This document shows positions 23,861 to 47,809 of a stretch of DNA of 64,000 bases, in pieces (position 1 is the first letter of the stretch; each line of letters begins with the position of its first letter). Position numbers and translations under genes: made by a program. The notes below the pieces were generated by a model that saw only the letters and a program-made list of their open reading frames with translations, made no database searches and had not been told where the DNA came from. The DNA comes from Antedon mediterranea (lineage: Eukaryota; Animalia; Echinodermata), in assembly GCF_964355755.1 (NCBI RefSeq), contig NC_092671.1:1-64000 (forward strand), read 5' to 3'.

Positions 23861-25601
23861 AAATTGTCACATACAAAAACTTCTAGAAAAAATATTTCTC
23901 GAATTCAAAAATATTTCAAACTTGGTATATAATTTCAATATCGGTTACTCCATCCCTTAATGCAAAAGACAAATTAGTTTCAAGCCATATCAGTGATTAT
24001 ATTAACTTGCGTTTGTCTAAGATAAATACTTATGAAGGAACATACAATTCCAACACACTTTTTAAAACTTAAAAACTTTAAAAAAATAATATCAATTTGT
24101 TTTGAAAATATTTTCTATAAATAAATTTATTTTTATCGGTGTTGGACTAATATGCAAATCGACCTTGAGTTGGCTATATCCATAATTTCTGGTATTCTGA
24201 ATGCGTTTAAAACCATTATAGGACCTCAAGTAAAATGTAGGTTTGGTAGAGTTTCCATTTTTCAGTATGAGAGAGTTGACTGTATTAATCTGGAACTTCA
24301 AATGTTTCTTTGATTACGTAATAATATATAACTAAAAAATGAAAAAATGACTTTTTTTTCTAGGTGCATCGACAGCCATCAGAATCAACAAAATTAGATG
24401 TTTTTGAACCAGAAGCCCCAACTCCAAATAATACACAAACATCAGTGAGTCTCGAGTTCTTTGTATTTAATGGTCATATTCCTGCGCCTCTGTGTTTTAA
24501 TACCAACGAAAGTCTATCTGCACAACCAGAACAACAAACTCCCAAACTATCTTGTTGATAATTATACTATACAGTGATAAAGAAAATTGGACATTGTGTT
24601 AATTATAAATTTTGGGGGTTTTTTCAGTCTCCAAAAAAGTGAATTATCATAACAACTTATAAAGAAGCGAAAAATGATGCAGATTTTGTTGAAGATTTTC
24701 ATTTACATCAGTAGTTGGACAAATAAGAACTTATATTTAAAGATAAACAGATAAAACAACAAGACTTGTCGATTTCACTGTCTTGTATGTTTTTATCCAT
24801 GTTTTTATGAGCCCACCGAATGTAGACTTACAGACATCCAATGTGAATAGAAATATCCCGAGAAGATCCTCCAATTGGCAATCAGAATAATTCTGATTAT
24901 AAAATCATGTGATTTAAAAACACATGCGATGTCTGCTGCTGCTTATTCAGAGTTTTGATATCAGTAATTGAGATTTAAAATATGTGACAGTCCCTTTAAC
25001 TGTGGCAGAATAAAACATGTTGATAATCATAGGACAACTTTAACATTAAAGAGACAACGTCATGACAACTGAAATAACTTACATATTGGTTAATTTTACC
25101 ATTACTGGTAAATTGTTTTATAACTGTAGAATCGTTGTACAGTAAATAAGGTGTATGTCATTGTGTTATGTTTGTTTGGATTTTTTCGTAGTCAGCACTG
25201 CAATGTTGCACATGTTTGGAAAAACAGCTTATGTGGTCATGGATTGAAACTATGATCCTGCCGATCTATGATTCTGAGTACAAATCCTATAAACAACCTC
25301 CGAAACATCTGTGTATGTTTTTTCTGTGAATTAATCATTTATCAATGCAACCAATTTAAATATTAAGATGTCGATTTGAAACATAATGGTGCTTTTTTTA
25401 TTATAACAATACAAAGCTAAGAAAGTCGGGCTAAACTTCCTTTACTCTCGTCCAGTTGTCAAGATATAAAAAGCTTATTATCTGTAGCCTATACGAACAA
25501 AACATTGTACAAGTTATAATAGCCTATATTATTAACAACCATGAATCACAATTAAATAAAATTTGGTACTCATAAATTTCAGGGCATAAATCATCATATG
25601 G

Positions 25602-26129
25602 CTTCGTTACGTGTTTGGAAGAGAATTAATTTTATCTCATCGTAGTTTGGTATGCCGTATGAGTGTGCACATGTGCGCGCTGTGGGAAAGATGGTATTGT
25701 TAGTCATTCGCGATCAACACACAACACTGTTCAATTTTTATTTTGTTAATCTTTTACATTATAGGCCTAATTATAATTCTACCGTTACACATTATAGTGT
25801 ATTTTTAAATATCCGTTTCATGCAAGATATTGTATTGTAGGCCTACTAATATTTATTATGTTGTGAATAAAAGTTTATGGTAGAATAAATAAATGAATAT
25901 GTTTAAGCAGATCTTCGAAATTGAAGCATATGAGGTCGAGTTTTTTTAAAACCCAACCTAAAATTCGCATATGGATAGTTGAAATTTAACATTATAATTA
26001 TCAAAGGGGATAATAGTAATTGTTTTCTAAATTATATAAATATTAAAATTAGTAAGTAGGCTTTTGTGTGCTAGCTCTGTTTGTATTTCAAATTTTGTTT
26101 TGTTGAATTACCGCACGGCCGCGTGCATT
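25602..26129 (+). repeat. Near-identical ~530 bp direct duplicate of 27281-27810
   Basis: Both copies run from cttcgttacgtgtttgg to ccgcacggccgcgtgcatt with only a few differences. Confidence 0.95.
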
Positions 26130-26257
26130 ACATTGTACAAGTTATAATAGCCTATATTATGATACGATTGTTACATTTTATAACATGAAGTACTGTAAAA
26201 GAAACAAAAATAGTTTTTTTATTTTAGAAATTCTTTTCAAAATACAGGGTCTATTTT

Positions 26258-26978
26258 AAACAAGGCCATATAGATGGCTGCAGTCGCGTGCTTAGTGTAC
26301 CGACCGACCGACCAACCTACCAACTGACCGAAATTACTGAACATGTTTAAACATGTTGAAATGTTTAAAAAACAGTTATATTTTTTTAATTTACACGTGC
26401 GTAGCCTGTCACTTTTGACGTGCTCGTATAACGTAATTTCGAGTTGAAAAGTAAGTCAAGAAAACAGAAATCGGGCAAAAAGAGTGCGCAATAACATTTA
26501 ACGTGCAGTGCGCGCGCAAAAATCTGCGCACTTATGGCAACTTTGTAAACGCTTAAAATTGCCTGACACGTACTCTTATTTCATCGAAAATAAATTTTGA
26601 ACATTTTAAGCGCGCGTACGCATGCGTTACATGCGCTATGCACGTAATTGTATTGCCATATGATGATTTATGCCCTGAAATTTATGAGTACCAAATTATA
26701 TTTAATTGTGATTCATGGTTGTGAAGATATGATTACAAACGTGATTTCGTTAAATCGTGCGTAGACACCGCTTAATTTTCTATTGCTAAACATAACCACA
26801 TCGATTCCTGGACATAAGGAATATACTGTGAAAAATTGACTTAGCTAGATTAAACTGATATCAAGATAAGGTCAGAAAGCGATAAAACGCATAGTGATAC
26901 CGGACCGACAGACAGACCGACAGACCGACCGACCGACCGACATAGTGAACTATAGAGTCGCTTTCACGCGACTAAAAA
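26258..26978. mobile_element. HINE/DINE-like non-autonomous element, family B copy 1
   Basis: aacaaggcc..AGTCGCGTG at the left and CACGCGACTaaaaa at the right, with (GACC/GACA)n microsatellites. Homologous to 36550-37276. Confidence 0.8.
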
Positions 26979-28644
26979 TCTGAGAAGGGCACTTAAAAAG
27001 GTAGAGTTTCGGTGTTCTCTGTAATAACTTTCCTGTTAATATGTTTCATTTTTACCTGCAACCACTGTAAAATTAGGGTGACACATTGTTGTGTTTACAC
27101 CGTTTTTTTTCATCATGTCTTTCTTTTATCAATCTCGTCTTTCGTGTATAACTTCTTTGTCGACTGTCTTTCTTTCAAATAATTGGTTAATACTCGGTTT
27201 TGACAAGAGAGGCTGGGTGGTTTAAATTTTATGTTTAGCGCCCTCAATTGATTTTAATGTAAAAAAAGGGAATTAATTCTCTTCGTTACGTGTTTGGAAG
27301 AGAATTAATTTTATCTCATCGTAGTTTGGTATGCCGTATGAGTGTGCACATGTGCGCGCTGTGGGAAAGATGGTATTGTTAGTCATTCGCGATCAACACA
27401 CAACACTGTTCAATTTTTAATTTGTTAATCTTTTACATTATAGGCCTAATTATAATTCTACCGTTACACATTATAGTGTATTTTTAAATATCCGTTTCAT
27501 GCAAGATATTGTATTGTAGGCCTACTAATATTTATTATGTTGTGAATAAAAGTTTATGGTAGAATAAATAAATGAATATGTTTTAAGCAGATCTTCGAAA
27601 TTGAAGCATATGAGGTCGAGTTTTTTTAAAACCCAACCTAAAATTCGCGATATGGATAGTTGAAATTTAACATTATAATTATCAAAGGGGATAATAGTAA
27701 TTGTTTTCTAAATTATATAAATATTAAAATTAGTAAGTAGGCTTTTGTGTGCTAGCTCTGTTTGTATTTCAAATTTTGTTTTGTTGAATTACCGCACGGC
27801 CGCGTGCATTGCATGTCTCAGGGAAACAATCACCATTGTATGGCTGGTTCTGAAGACTAATATATTTCGTTTCATTCGGGGAATAAGCTTTCATTCTTAG
27901 CTCTGCCCCAAACACGGTGAGCTTAACTGGAGACTTAATATTTAATTTCATATTTCAATAAATATTTTTTTCAAAATTGTCTTTGCTCAGCCCCAATCAC
28001 GGTGTGGTAGTGAAGACTCTTATATAATTATCATGTTTCAAAATACTATAGGTGTCATTTCTGAGGACCTGGTAGTTATTTTAAACAGTTTGGTATGCCG
28101 TGCGTTGTTATGCAAATGTGTTTGTGCGGGTGTAATGGGGAAGATGGTATTGTTAGTCATTTGCGGTGAACACGCCACAAAATTAAATTTTGATTTTGCT
28201 AATCTTTATTAGAAATTCAAATCATGTAAAGATACAATTTTCCGGGCGGGAACCTAGAAGCTCCCCTCCTTCAGTTTGCAAAAGTAATCTTGAAAAGAAC
28301 CCCATGCGGAAAAGAAGCTTACCAGTTGAAAAGAAGCCCACCGTAACGAAGATTACTAAAAATTAAGGAACACATGGGCTCTTTTGAGGGTTTTATGGTG
28401 TCTATTTAATGGAAAAGTGAATGCCATACAAATAAAAAATTTAAAAAAAAACAATATTCATTAAAACAATATCCGTCGAGGTTCGAACCCCAGCTGATAC
28501 CATTCAAAACTGAGCATTACCCGTTGCACCACAAACTGAAACATGACTGAACAGCTGATAATTGTCTTTTTATACGTGTATTACTTAATTTATCATTACA
28601 TCATAAATATCCTAACCTTGATAAAACCAAAATGATCAGTTATC

Positions 28645-28885
28645 TCAGTCGCCTGAGCGTCGTGTAGACAACACGTGTGTCGGGGGTTCGATTCCCACGC
28701 TGGTCGGTGGAATAGAGTTAAAGGTATGCGACCACTGTGTTTGGGGTTCATATAATTATACGTCCCCCTTTCCACCACACATCTTGAGAAGGCACTAGCA
28801 ATGCACCTGGTAATGATGTGGTGGAAACGAACCCAAGGCTGCTGCAGAGCCTTAGTGCTGAGGCAAGGAGAGCACAATTTATGTA
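28645..28885 (+). mobile_element. Probable tRNA-derived SINE
   Basis: B-box GGTTCGATTCCC at ~28685 within a GC-richer ~240 bp segment. No full cloverleaf could be folded. Confidence 0.5.
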
Positions 28886-29169
28886 TTTGATCTCGTAAAT
28901 GTTATGTTTAGCGGCCTCAATTTTAATGTAAAAAAGAAATTAATTATCTTCGTTACGCGTTACGACGTGTTGAGAAGAGAATATATCTCTCATCATAGTT
29001 TGGTATGCCGTTCGTTGTTATACAAATGATTTTTAAATTTTGATTTTGTTAATCAATGTTGCAACATTGGTAGCGAAATGTCCGATTCTTCATAGTAGTT
29101 GATGTGTATGGCCGCACCGTCCCAGAATAAACAAGTTTTAAACAGATAGTTTGTCTCCGATGGTTTTTG

Positions 29170-30568
29170 TATGGGATTAATGGAGATCTGTCTAAGGCAT
29201 TCGATACCATTGATCACACTATTTTACTTTCAAAATTCTTTAACTATGGTATCCGTGGCATTACTCTTGACCTTTTTAAAGATTATCTGTCCAATCGACT
29301 TCAATGCACCTATATCAACAATGTTTTTCCCGATTTCAAACCTACTGTTTGTGGTGTTCCTCAAGGGTCTCTATCAGGCCCCTTCTTTTTTTATTGTATA
29401 TCAATGATTTACCAAATGCATCTGACATCCTTTCTTTTTATCTTTATGCTGATGACACAACCATTTTTTATTCACACACTAATTTTGATTTCATTTTCAA
29501 TACTTTTAATAGGGAATTGAAGAACGTGAACGATTATTTCAATGCAAACAAACTTTCAATAAATATTAACAAATGTCATTTTATGCTTTTTGGTTTTCGA
29601 CACCAAGATTTGATTAACGACACTCATAATGTTTACCTTGCTGCCCACAAAATTCCTCTTGTTAAGCATACCAAATTTCTTGGAGTTGAAATAGACGAAG
29701 AACTAAACTTCAAACACCACATTAAAGAAATCGAAACTAAAATTTCGAAAAATATTGGAATTTTATATCGTCTTCCATTTTACTTGCCCAAAGAAGTCCT
29801 TCGCATGATTTATTGTTCACTTGTTTTACCTTTTATTTCTTACTGTAATATTGTCTGGGCAAACAACTATGTTTCAAACCTCAAAAAAAATTTATTCTAA
29901 AAAAAAAAGCTATTCGCCTCATCTCTGGTGCATCACGGCTAGATCACAGTAGTGAGCTTTTCTCTGATAAATTATTAACTGTCCAAAACATCAATATCCT
30001 TCAACAATGCACCTTCGTCTATGAACATGTCAACTGTCTACTTCCAACTAAACTTTCTTGCAGCTTTATAAAAAATAATAGTATTCATACCCATAAAACT
30101 AGATCCTCCTGTAACCTCCACCCTCCCCTTACGAAATTAACATTAATGCAACATAATATCCGTTATAGTGGCACCAAATTATTTAATGATCTCCCCGACG
30201 AAATTAAATTGGCACCTTCAAAAAATAAATTTTCTTTTAAACTTAAACAAATTCTACTTCATAAATAACTAATAATAACAAAACAACATGTTTATTCTGG
30301 ATTTTCTGTGCTTCCATAGTATTTTATTTGTATTAACTTGTCGTTGTCTTGTTTTACTTGTTTGTTTGTCTTGTTTTGTGTCTGTTTGTTTAAACTTCAA
30401 TATGATTACAACTTGTTAACTGGCTACCCGTCACAAGTTGTATTGGAGGGCAACCTCCAAATGTTACTTTCTGGGTTTTGCCTCTTAATTATTTATATTT
30501 AAATTGTTATTTTGTTTACTTTGAAATGATAAGAAATAAATGTTAATATGAATGAATGAATGAATGAA
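29170..30568 (+). mobile_element. 5'-truncated CR1/L2-group LINE, degenerate RT
   Basis: DLSKAFDT, GVPQGS, YADDT and KFLGVEID with frameshifts, followed by AATAAA and a (GAAT)n tail at 30549-30567. Confidence 0.92.
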
Positions 30569-31552
30569 AGTGAAATAAGATAAATATAGAACATTTGCAA
30601 AGATGCCGATTTCCAGACCAATTTCGAAGCTTAGACTAATTCCGCCGCCGGGCTAGGCCATAGGCATATACGAAGTCGAGTTTTTAAAGTAGAAAACCCC
30701 ACCTAAAATGTTAAAGTCGCATCTGGAAGTTGAAATTTTAACATTATCATAATTATCATAGGTGACTATTATGTATAGTAATAAGTATGTGCATTTCTGG
30801 GCTCTATTTTCATTGCTCTGCCTCAACAAACACGGAGACTTAATATTTAATTTTATATTTCAATTAATAGGTGCACTTTCCGGGGACAAGCTCATATTGT
30901 CCTGGTGAGTCTTATATAGTTTGTTTCATTCAAATCATGTAACGCCATTTTTTCGGGCGGGAACCTACGGTACTGTATACAGCTCTTTTTTCAAAATTGT
31001 CTTTGCTCAGCCCCAAGCATGGTGGGGTACTGAAAATTCTTATCCATGTTGTTTGAAAACAAAATAGATGTCATTTTCGGGTACCTTGTAGCTCTATTTT
31101 AAACAGTTTGGTATGTGCGTGCGTTGTTTTATGCAAATGAGTCTGTGCAGGTGTATTATGGTAAAGATGGTATGTTAGTCATTCGCGGTCAACACGCCAC
31201 ACTGTTAAATGTTGATGCTGTTAATTATTTACATTAGAAGATTTACAAATCATGTAAATAAAATATTTTCCGGGCGGGAAGCTAGCAGTTCCCCTCGTTT
31301 AGTTTGCAAAAGTAATCTCGAAAAGAACTCCATGTGGAAAAGAAGCCCACCCAAGAGTACTAAAAATGAAGGAGCACATGGGCTTCTTTTCGAGGTTTTA
31401 TGGCAGTCTATTTATTGGAAAATAATGCCATGCAACTTTGTTTCTGATTTAAAAAAAGGTAGGCCTACACTTGACATTTACAATCCTCAAAATATCTCTC
31501 TTTCAAAATAAAAGAAAAACAACATTCATTATTTGACATTTAAAAAAAAATT

Positions 31553-31798
31553 CACTGGTGCCAAATTGAGAGATTGAAACTTGAGTGACTTTATTTCTAT
31601 TTTATATCACTGCTCCCCTGGTACCAAATTGTGTCCACTTTTGAGCACAGTGTTTTATACGAAAAGATATTAAAATTTAGTGACTTTAGTTCTATTTTAT
31701 ATCACTGTGCTCCACTGGGACCAAATTGGGTCCACTTGAGCACATTGTAATAACATACGAAAAGCTATTAAAATTTAGTGACTTTATTTCTATTTTAT
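31553..31798 (-). repeat. ~97 bp tandem repeat (right arm, inverted relative to 22888-23860)
   Basis: About 2.5 reverse-complement units. The array resumes at 32597 after a LINE fragment. Confidence 0.92.
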
Positions 31799-32590
31799 TT
31801 TTTTTATTAAACCTTATTTTGTGAGGGTGACCCTAAACAGCATATGCAGACAGTCAAAAACATATATGAAAAAACAGATGAACTATGTTAAAAAAATATA
31901 AAAATATATAATATATATATGTACTTAAATACAAAAATATAGCCTACAATACTATACCAAACGTTGAGTTTTTTCTTTTGGGATTAAATATTTTTTTAGA
32001 GCAGACTTAAAATTAGTTATTGTTACCGCATTCCTTAGTTTAGTGGCTAGCAAATTCAGGTATGTTGGTGCTCTGATGAAGCTGTTCTTAAAAGTTTCAG
32101 TTTTAGGGAAAGGGACGACAAATTTCCTCTCACTGACACTTCGGGTACATCGATGATTTGGAATTCTGGCAAGACGCAGGGCAAGGTATTCCGAGCAAGA
32201 CCATTTGCAGACCTGTAGGCAAGGCAGCCCAGTTATAGATGCATGTGATCTTGGACTGTATGAAGATTTAAGGTGTTGAAAATGTTAGTTCGTGGTGTGA
32301 GAGGATGAGCTTTAAGGATAATGCGAAATGCACTATTTTGAATGGTCTATATTCGGTCAATATTCGATCTGATTCCCCAAACACTACATCAATAGTCAAT
32401 GTGTGGGTAGAGGAGTATGGATGTGTTTTTATTAATGAAATGACCGAGCACGCGATAAGATTGAGATGGACAAGCCCAGTTTGGACCGGAGTTTATTTAC
32501 ATGAAAAGAAAAAGATAAATTTGAATCAATGTGAATGCCAAGATGTTTCTGTTTGTCAGTTTGTGATATGGGTATATACGAAACGATAAT
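31795..32590 (-). mobile_element. 3' LINE fragment (CR1/L2-group) inserted in the right arm
   Basis: Minus frame RSVSERKFVVPFPKTETFKNSFI..TITNFKSALK resembles a LINE ORF2 C-terminus. There is an A-rich tail at ~31800, and it interrupts the repeat array. Confidence 0.7.
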
Positions 32591-32899
32591 AAAAGTAGTG
32601 ACTTTTATTTCTATTTTATATCACTGTGCTACCCTGGTGCTAAATTGGGTCCACTTGAGCAGTTACTGTAGTACTATTTCTATTATTGAAGTTAATAAAG
32701 GCATAAATGGCGCTCCATATAGAAGTAGAGAATGCTCCAGTCGTCAGAATGACGCTCTGAATATACCTCTCTCTGTGCGCTGCTGGGGCGCGTTGAAAGG
32801 GTGTCGAGCAAAGATCGTATAGGCTAGCGCCACTTCTTCGTGGCGCTATATAGGATCTTTGGTGTCGAGTCACGAAACCTAACTCTGCTGCTAGCTGAG

Positions 32900-33027
32900 G
32901 TTCACGGTGCACCCGTCGTACACCCCCACCATATAAAAAAAACGCAAGCCGCATCTAAAAATAAAATTCTCTTGTTGATTAATTTCGCTCCGCTCTACTC
33001 GAGAAAAAATGACGAGATAACATTCAA
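32900..33027 (+). promoter_or_regulatory. Probable promoter and non-coding first exon of DPP8/9
   Basis: CpG-rich segment 32776-33010 and donor CAA|GTAAGA at 33028. A strong acceptor at 33685 precedes the ATG. The start position is a guess. Confidence 0.6.
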
Positions 33028-33055
33028 GTAAGATATTCAATTGAGAAATTAACAC

Positions 33056-33322
33056 GAGCTAGGGCTAGGCCCAGGCCTAGCCTAGGCCTAGGCTAGTACT
33101 GACTAACTAGGCTAGGCCTCTAGGCCTCATTAGGCCTACTAGGGCTAGGCTAGGCCTATGCCTACTACAACTACTAGCTAGGGCCAGGCCTAGCCTACTA
33201 GGTAGATAGGAATAGCCTGGCTGGCCCAGCCCCTCTACCACTCCAGACTAGCTAGGCTAGTTTTCTAGTTGGTTAGTTTTAGTTAGGCTAGCCTAGTAGT
33301 AGTAGTAGGGCCTAACTAGCCT
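33056..33322. other. CTAG/TAGGCCTA patchwork at the start of DPP8/9 intron 1
   Basis: About 270 bp of ctaggcctag/gctag/tagtag words starting ~30 bp after the donor. Confidence 0.8.
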
Positions 33323-33711
33323 GGTTTTATTTCCTGTGTAGTGTAGACTGGCCGCCGCGTTATTTGAGTAAACGCCGGCCGATCGCTGGGTTTAGATATT
33401 GAATTTTTGACCATTTATTTAAATTAAAAAAAAAACATTTTTGGAAATAAAATTATAAATAATTCTTATTGTTGTTTAGAGTGACCTTTTTGTTTCCATG
33501 CCTATTAGTATTATACAGTCAAGCTCAGTGAGGCATACATAGTTAGTATACTAATGTAGGCTATGTTCAAATATGATTATGATTAGTAATAATAATTAGG
33601 CTGAAACAAATTCTGTGTTAATATCATTGTTTTGTTACCAACTAAAAATTTTAAATTATTGTTTCTTCTTTTTTTTAATTTTCAGGTTTAAAGGTTACGT
33701 CACTAGTTGAA

Positions 33712-44765
<11,054 letters not shown>

Positions 44766-45843
44766 GAACTGATTAAAGCGTAACCATTTCTCTGTGACTA
44801 GCTGCCTGGACTTCATTCTATTAAATATTGGACTGGGTGTTGGGGGTCTATATCATCTGCCAGAATGAAAGATGCAGTAGCATCTCAACTTTATTTACAC
44901 AATATTATGTAGGCACACCTGTAAAATTTTAAAACTAAATATGAATACCAAAGAAGTGAATGAAAAAGATGATTTTAATAATAATTTTAAATGCAGACAG
45001 TAATTAGACAACTTTATAAATGGAATATACAAAAGACCTATAGTAATCATATAGTAATGAAGTGTCAATTATAATAACTTAAGTATTTGTACAATTGCAC
45101 AAAATATATATCCATTGCTCAAATAATAATCTTTTGCTCATCATAGTATAAGTATTTTGTTTTTTTGTAATAAATATTTCATTTAATAATTTTTCATTTA
45201 TTAGTGTTTGCAGAGTAATGCTTAAATGAGAGCACAATGATGAAGAAATTAAATTTACAGTAGAAATCATGTAACTGAATGTCTTCATCTGTAATTTCCA
45301 GTCAACATCTGAATTAGCTGTCGTTCATAGGCTCATTAGATTGTTTATTTTTATAGTGTAAGAAATATTTTAAATATGAATATCTTCAGATAATTATATT
45401 AGTGTTTAATAATAATTTTACAATTTAATATAATAATAGTTAGGTTATAATCATGAGTATTAATTTTAAAATATATATACACATACTGTACATATATGTG
45501 TTAGTGTCACCAGTCATGAACAAAACCATCTGCTCAGAATTTTAAAATGTTTTTTTTTGTTGTAAAAGTAAAATACTTGTACAAAAATAGCACATCCAAC
45601 AGTGGATCCACTCCAGGAGGTTTACAGTAGGTATATGTATAATTAATAATAAAACGTAACCATGAAGGCAAGTAATTGTACTGATGAATATTCAGGACTG
45701 ATTAAATTGTATATAATATAAAGTTGATCAAAATATGATGTTTAATGACTGATCGATAAAAAAAACTTGAACTGACAGAAAGGCCATTTCTTTAATGGCG
45801 TTAATAAAAATTGTCCAATGTATCTTCCCGTGTATTTCGAGTC

Positions 45844-47654
45844 GGGTTGGTGAACATCAGTCCAAAATACGCAGAATTTTTTCCAAAATACGTCAATTTG
45901 CAATTGTGACCGCTAGTAATTTTCCAAAATACGTCAACTTGAGGGCGGCAAACTTTTTTCCAAAATACGAGAGCCTTTCCAAATGTATCATATTGAGAGT
46001 GTAAGGTAAAATTACAGTTTAATGTATTAAAAAAAAGTTTCTTGGAATAAAACAAACAAGTACATCTTAGTTATAAATGAAAGTATTAGAAGGCAGCATT
46101 TTTTGTAAATAAAATGTCATAGAGTAGCCAATTATTATTTTTCAATGTAATCATTTATTACTGAATAAAAACAAATATGTGCCAACATCAGTCAATAGAC
46201 ATGTAGTGCCTATAATATACATTAATAATGTCTGAACGATGTACGATTGCATTGCCAGACGTAGCTAGTTTATGCGGCATAAACCGGCAACAAAACCAGC
46301 ATGTACGTATATAGTATTTAAGTATAGTCATAGGTATGTGTTATATATTTGGTGATCTACAAAATCGATATTTTTCCCGAGCTCGACTGACAAACATCGC
46401 TTTCAATTTAATGTACAGTACTTATGGTCTAATAAGTTACCTAATCTGAAATCTAACATAATAATTATTTCATATAATATATAATAATAAAAAGCATATG
46501 GTATTGTGATTAAAATAATATCAATAATTAATTGCTTAGAAGAAGTAATTAAGGAGTTATTTAAATTGCGTATTTTGGAAAATGAATAGCGCTCTCAAGT
46601 TGACGTATTTTGGAAAATTACAAGCGGTTCCAAATTGACGTATTTTGGACAAATCGCGTATTTTGGAAAATGACTAGCGCCCTCAACTTGACGTATTTTG
46701 GATAATTTGCGTATTTTGGAAAATGAATAGTCGACGTATTTTGGAAAGACTCTCGTATTTTGGCAGAGCCATATAAAGAGTTACGACATTGAAAATTAGA
46801 AGCCATTTTTGTGTCAAAGAATTCGCACGCTGAGGGCGCGCGCGTCTCTTTTGTATAGCGTTTTCCTGTAGTTCCATGCATTATTTTTAGATTTTGTTGT
46901 CAATGAAATAACGCTTAGATTCCGTTTTTATTTTAGTAAGTAATGTTATTAATGGTATTAATTTGGTAACATATATATATTGTGTCTATAATAACAAAAG
47001 AATAAATGCTAGGGCCTACATGCAAGTCAGGATACATCAAAGCATGAACCAATACAAAAAACACACAAATTCACCTCTTTTTTTATACAGTATATGGCTC
47101 TCTGTGTGTTTTTGACACAAACTTTCAGAGACTCGTTCATCATTTCATTTGTAATAATTTGCCTTTATTATTTTAATATTGTTCATACCTATTCAATATA
47201 TTAACAAATATATCCACGACACTTTATTATTTTATTTAGTCATCAAAGCATGCATTATGAATTGAAATATTACATAATTGTTATTAATGGGACGTAGTTA
47301 TGGGATGTTTTGTTCCAAAATCAATCAATCGAACGTTATAATATACTAGCGTACGCGCGCGCAATATTCTTTGGCGCAAGTGGTTCTGTACGCTGTGCAC
47401 GTCGATATTCCACCGTAAAATGTGCAATTACATTTTTTTTAATATAAGAAAAAGTTTAAAGTAATTTCTTGCTCCTATACTTTACATGCATTAACGGAGA
47501 CAAGTTTGACACAAATTGATCTGCATATCACGTGACTTAAATCCAATGTCGTAACTCTTTATATATGGCTCTGTATTTTGGATTAGTATAGCGCCCTCAA
47601 CTTGACGTATTTTGGAAAAAATTCTGCGTATTTTGGACTGAATTTCACCAACCC
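45844..47654. mobile_element. Non-autonomous DNA transposon with ~55 bp TIR and many CCAAAATACG sub-terminal motifs
   Basis: GGGTTGGTGAA..TCAGTCCAAAATACGCAGAATTTTTTCCAAAATACGTCAA is inverted at the two ends. GTGTATTT occurs a few bp outside both ends and is a candidate TSD. Superfamily uncertain (Mutator-like?). Confidence 0.8.
46764..47573. mobile_element. Nested MITE with ~28 bp TIR and 8 bp TSD (P- or hAT-like)
   Basis: TATTTTGG|CAGAGCCATATAAAGAGTTACGACATTG ... CAATGTCGTAACTCTTTATATATGGCTCTG|TATTTTGG. Confidence 0.9.
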
Positions 47655-47689
47655 TATTGTGTATTTGTGATATATTATCTGGCTATGTT

Positions 47690-47809
47690 GGCGTCCCATA
47701 CATAACGCCCGAACCGAAAATAATTAATATAGGTAGATCGCCTGAAATGAGTTTGCGGGCTGAAAAACTACAGTATTTTGCAGCAATTGTATAGGCGCTA
47801 GGCATAAGG
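47690..47809 (+). promoter_or_regulatory. Probable promoter and non-coding first exon of BLOC1S6
   Basis: CpG-containing segment, consensus donor AGG|GTAAGT at 47810, then TAGGCCTA words. An acceptor CACAG at 50279 lies just before the ATG. Confidence 0.5.

Larger units (their letters stand above)
22762..32775. mobile_element. ~10 kb foldback-like element with long inverted arms containing ~97 bp tandem repeats
   Basis: 22762-22960 aligns to the reverse complement of 32597-32775 (CAGA.A.AGGTATATT..GCGTCATT..TTCTCTACTTCTA..GGAGCGCCATTTATGCCTTTATT..AATAGAAATAGTACTAC.GTAAC). No clear TSD was found. Confidence 0.78.

Noticed and set aside
28470-28710. tRNA genes suggested by GGTTCGA boxes
   Set aside because: No complete cloverleaf could be folded. 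These are better explained as SINE heads.
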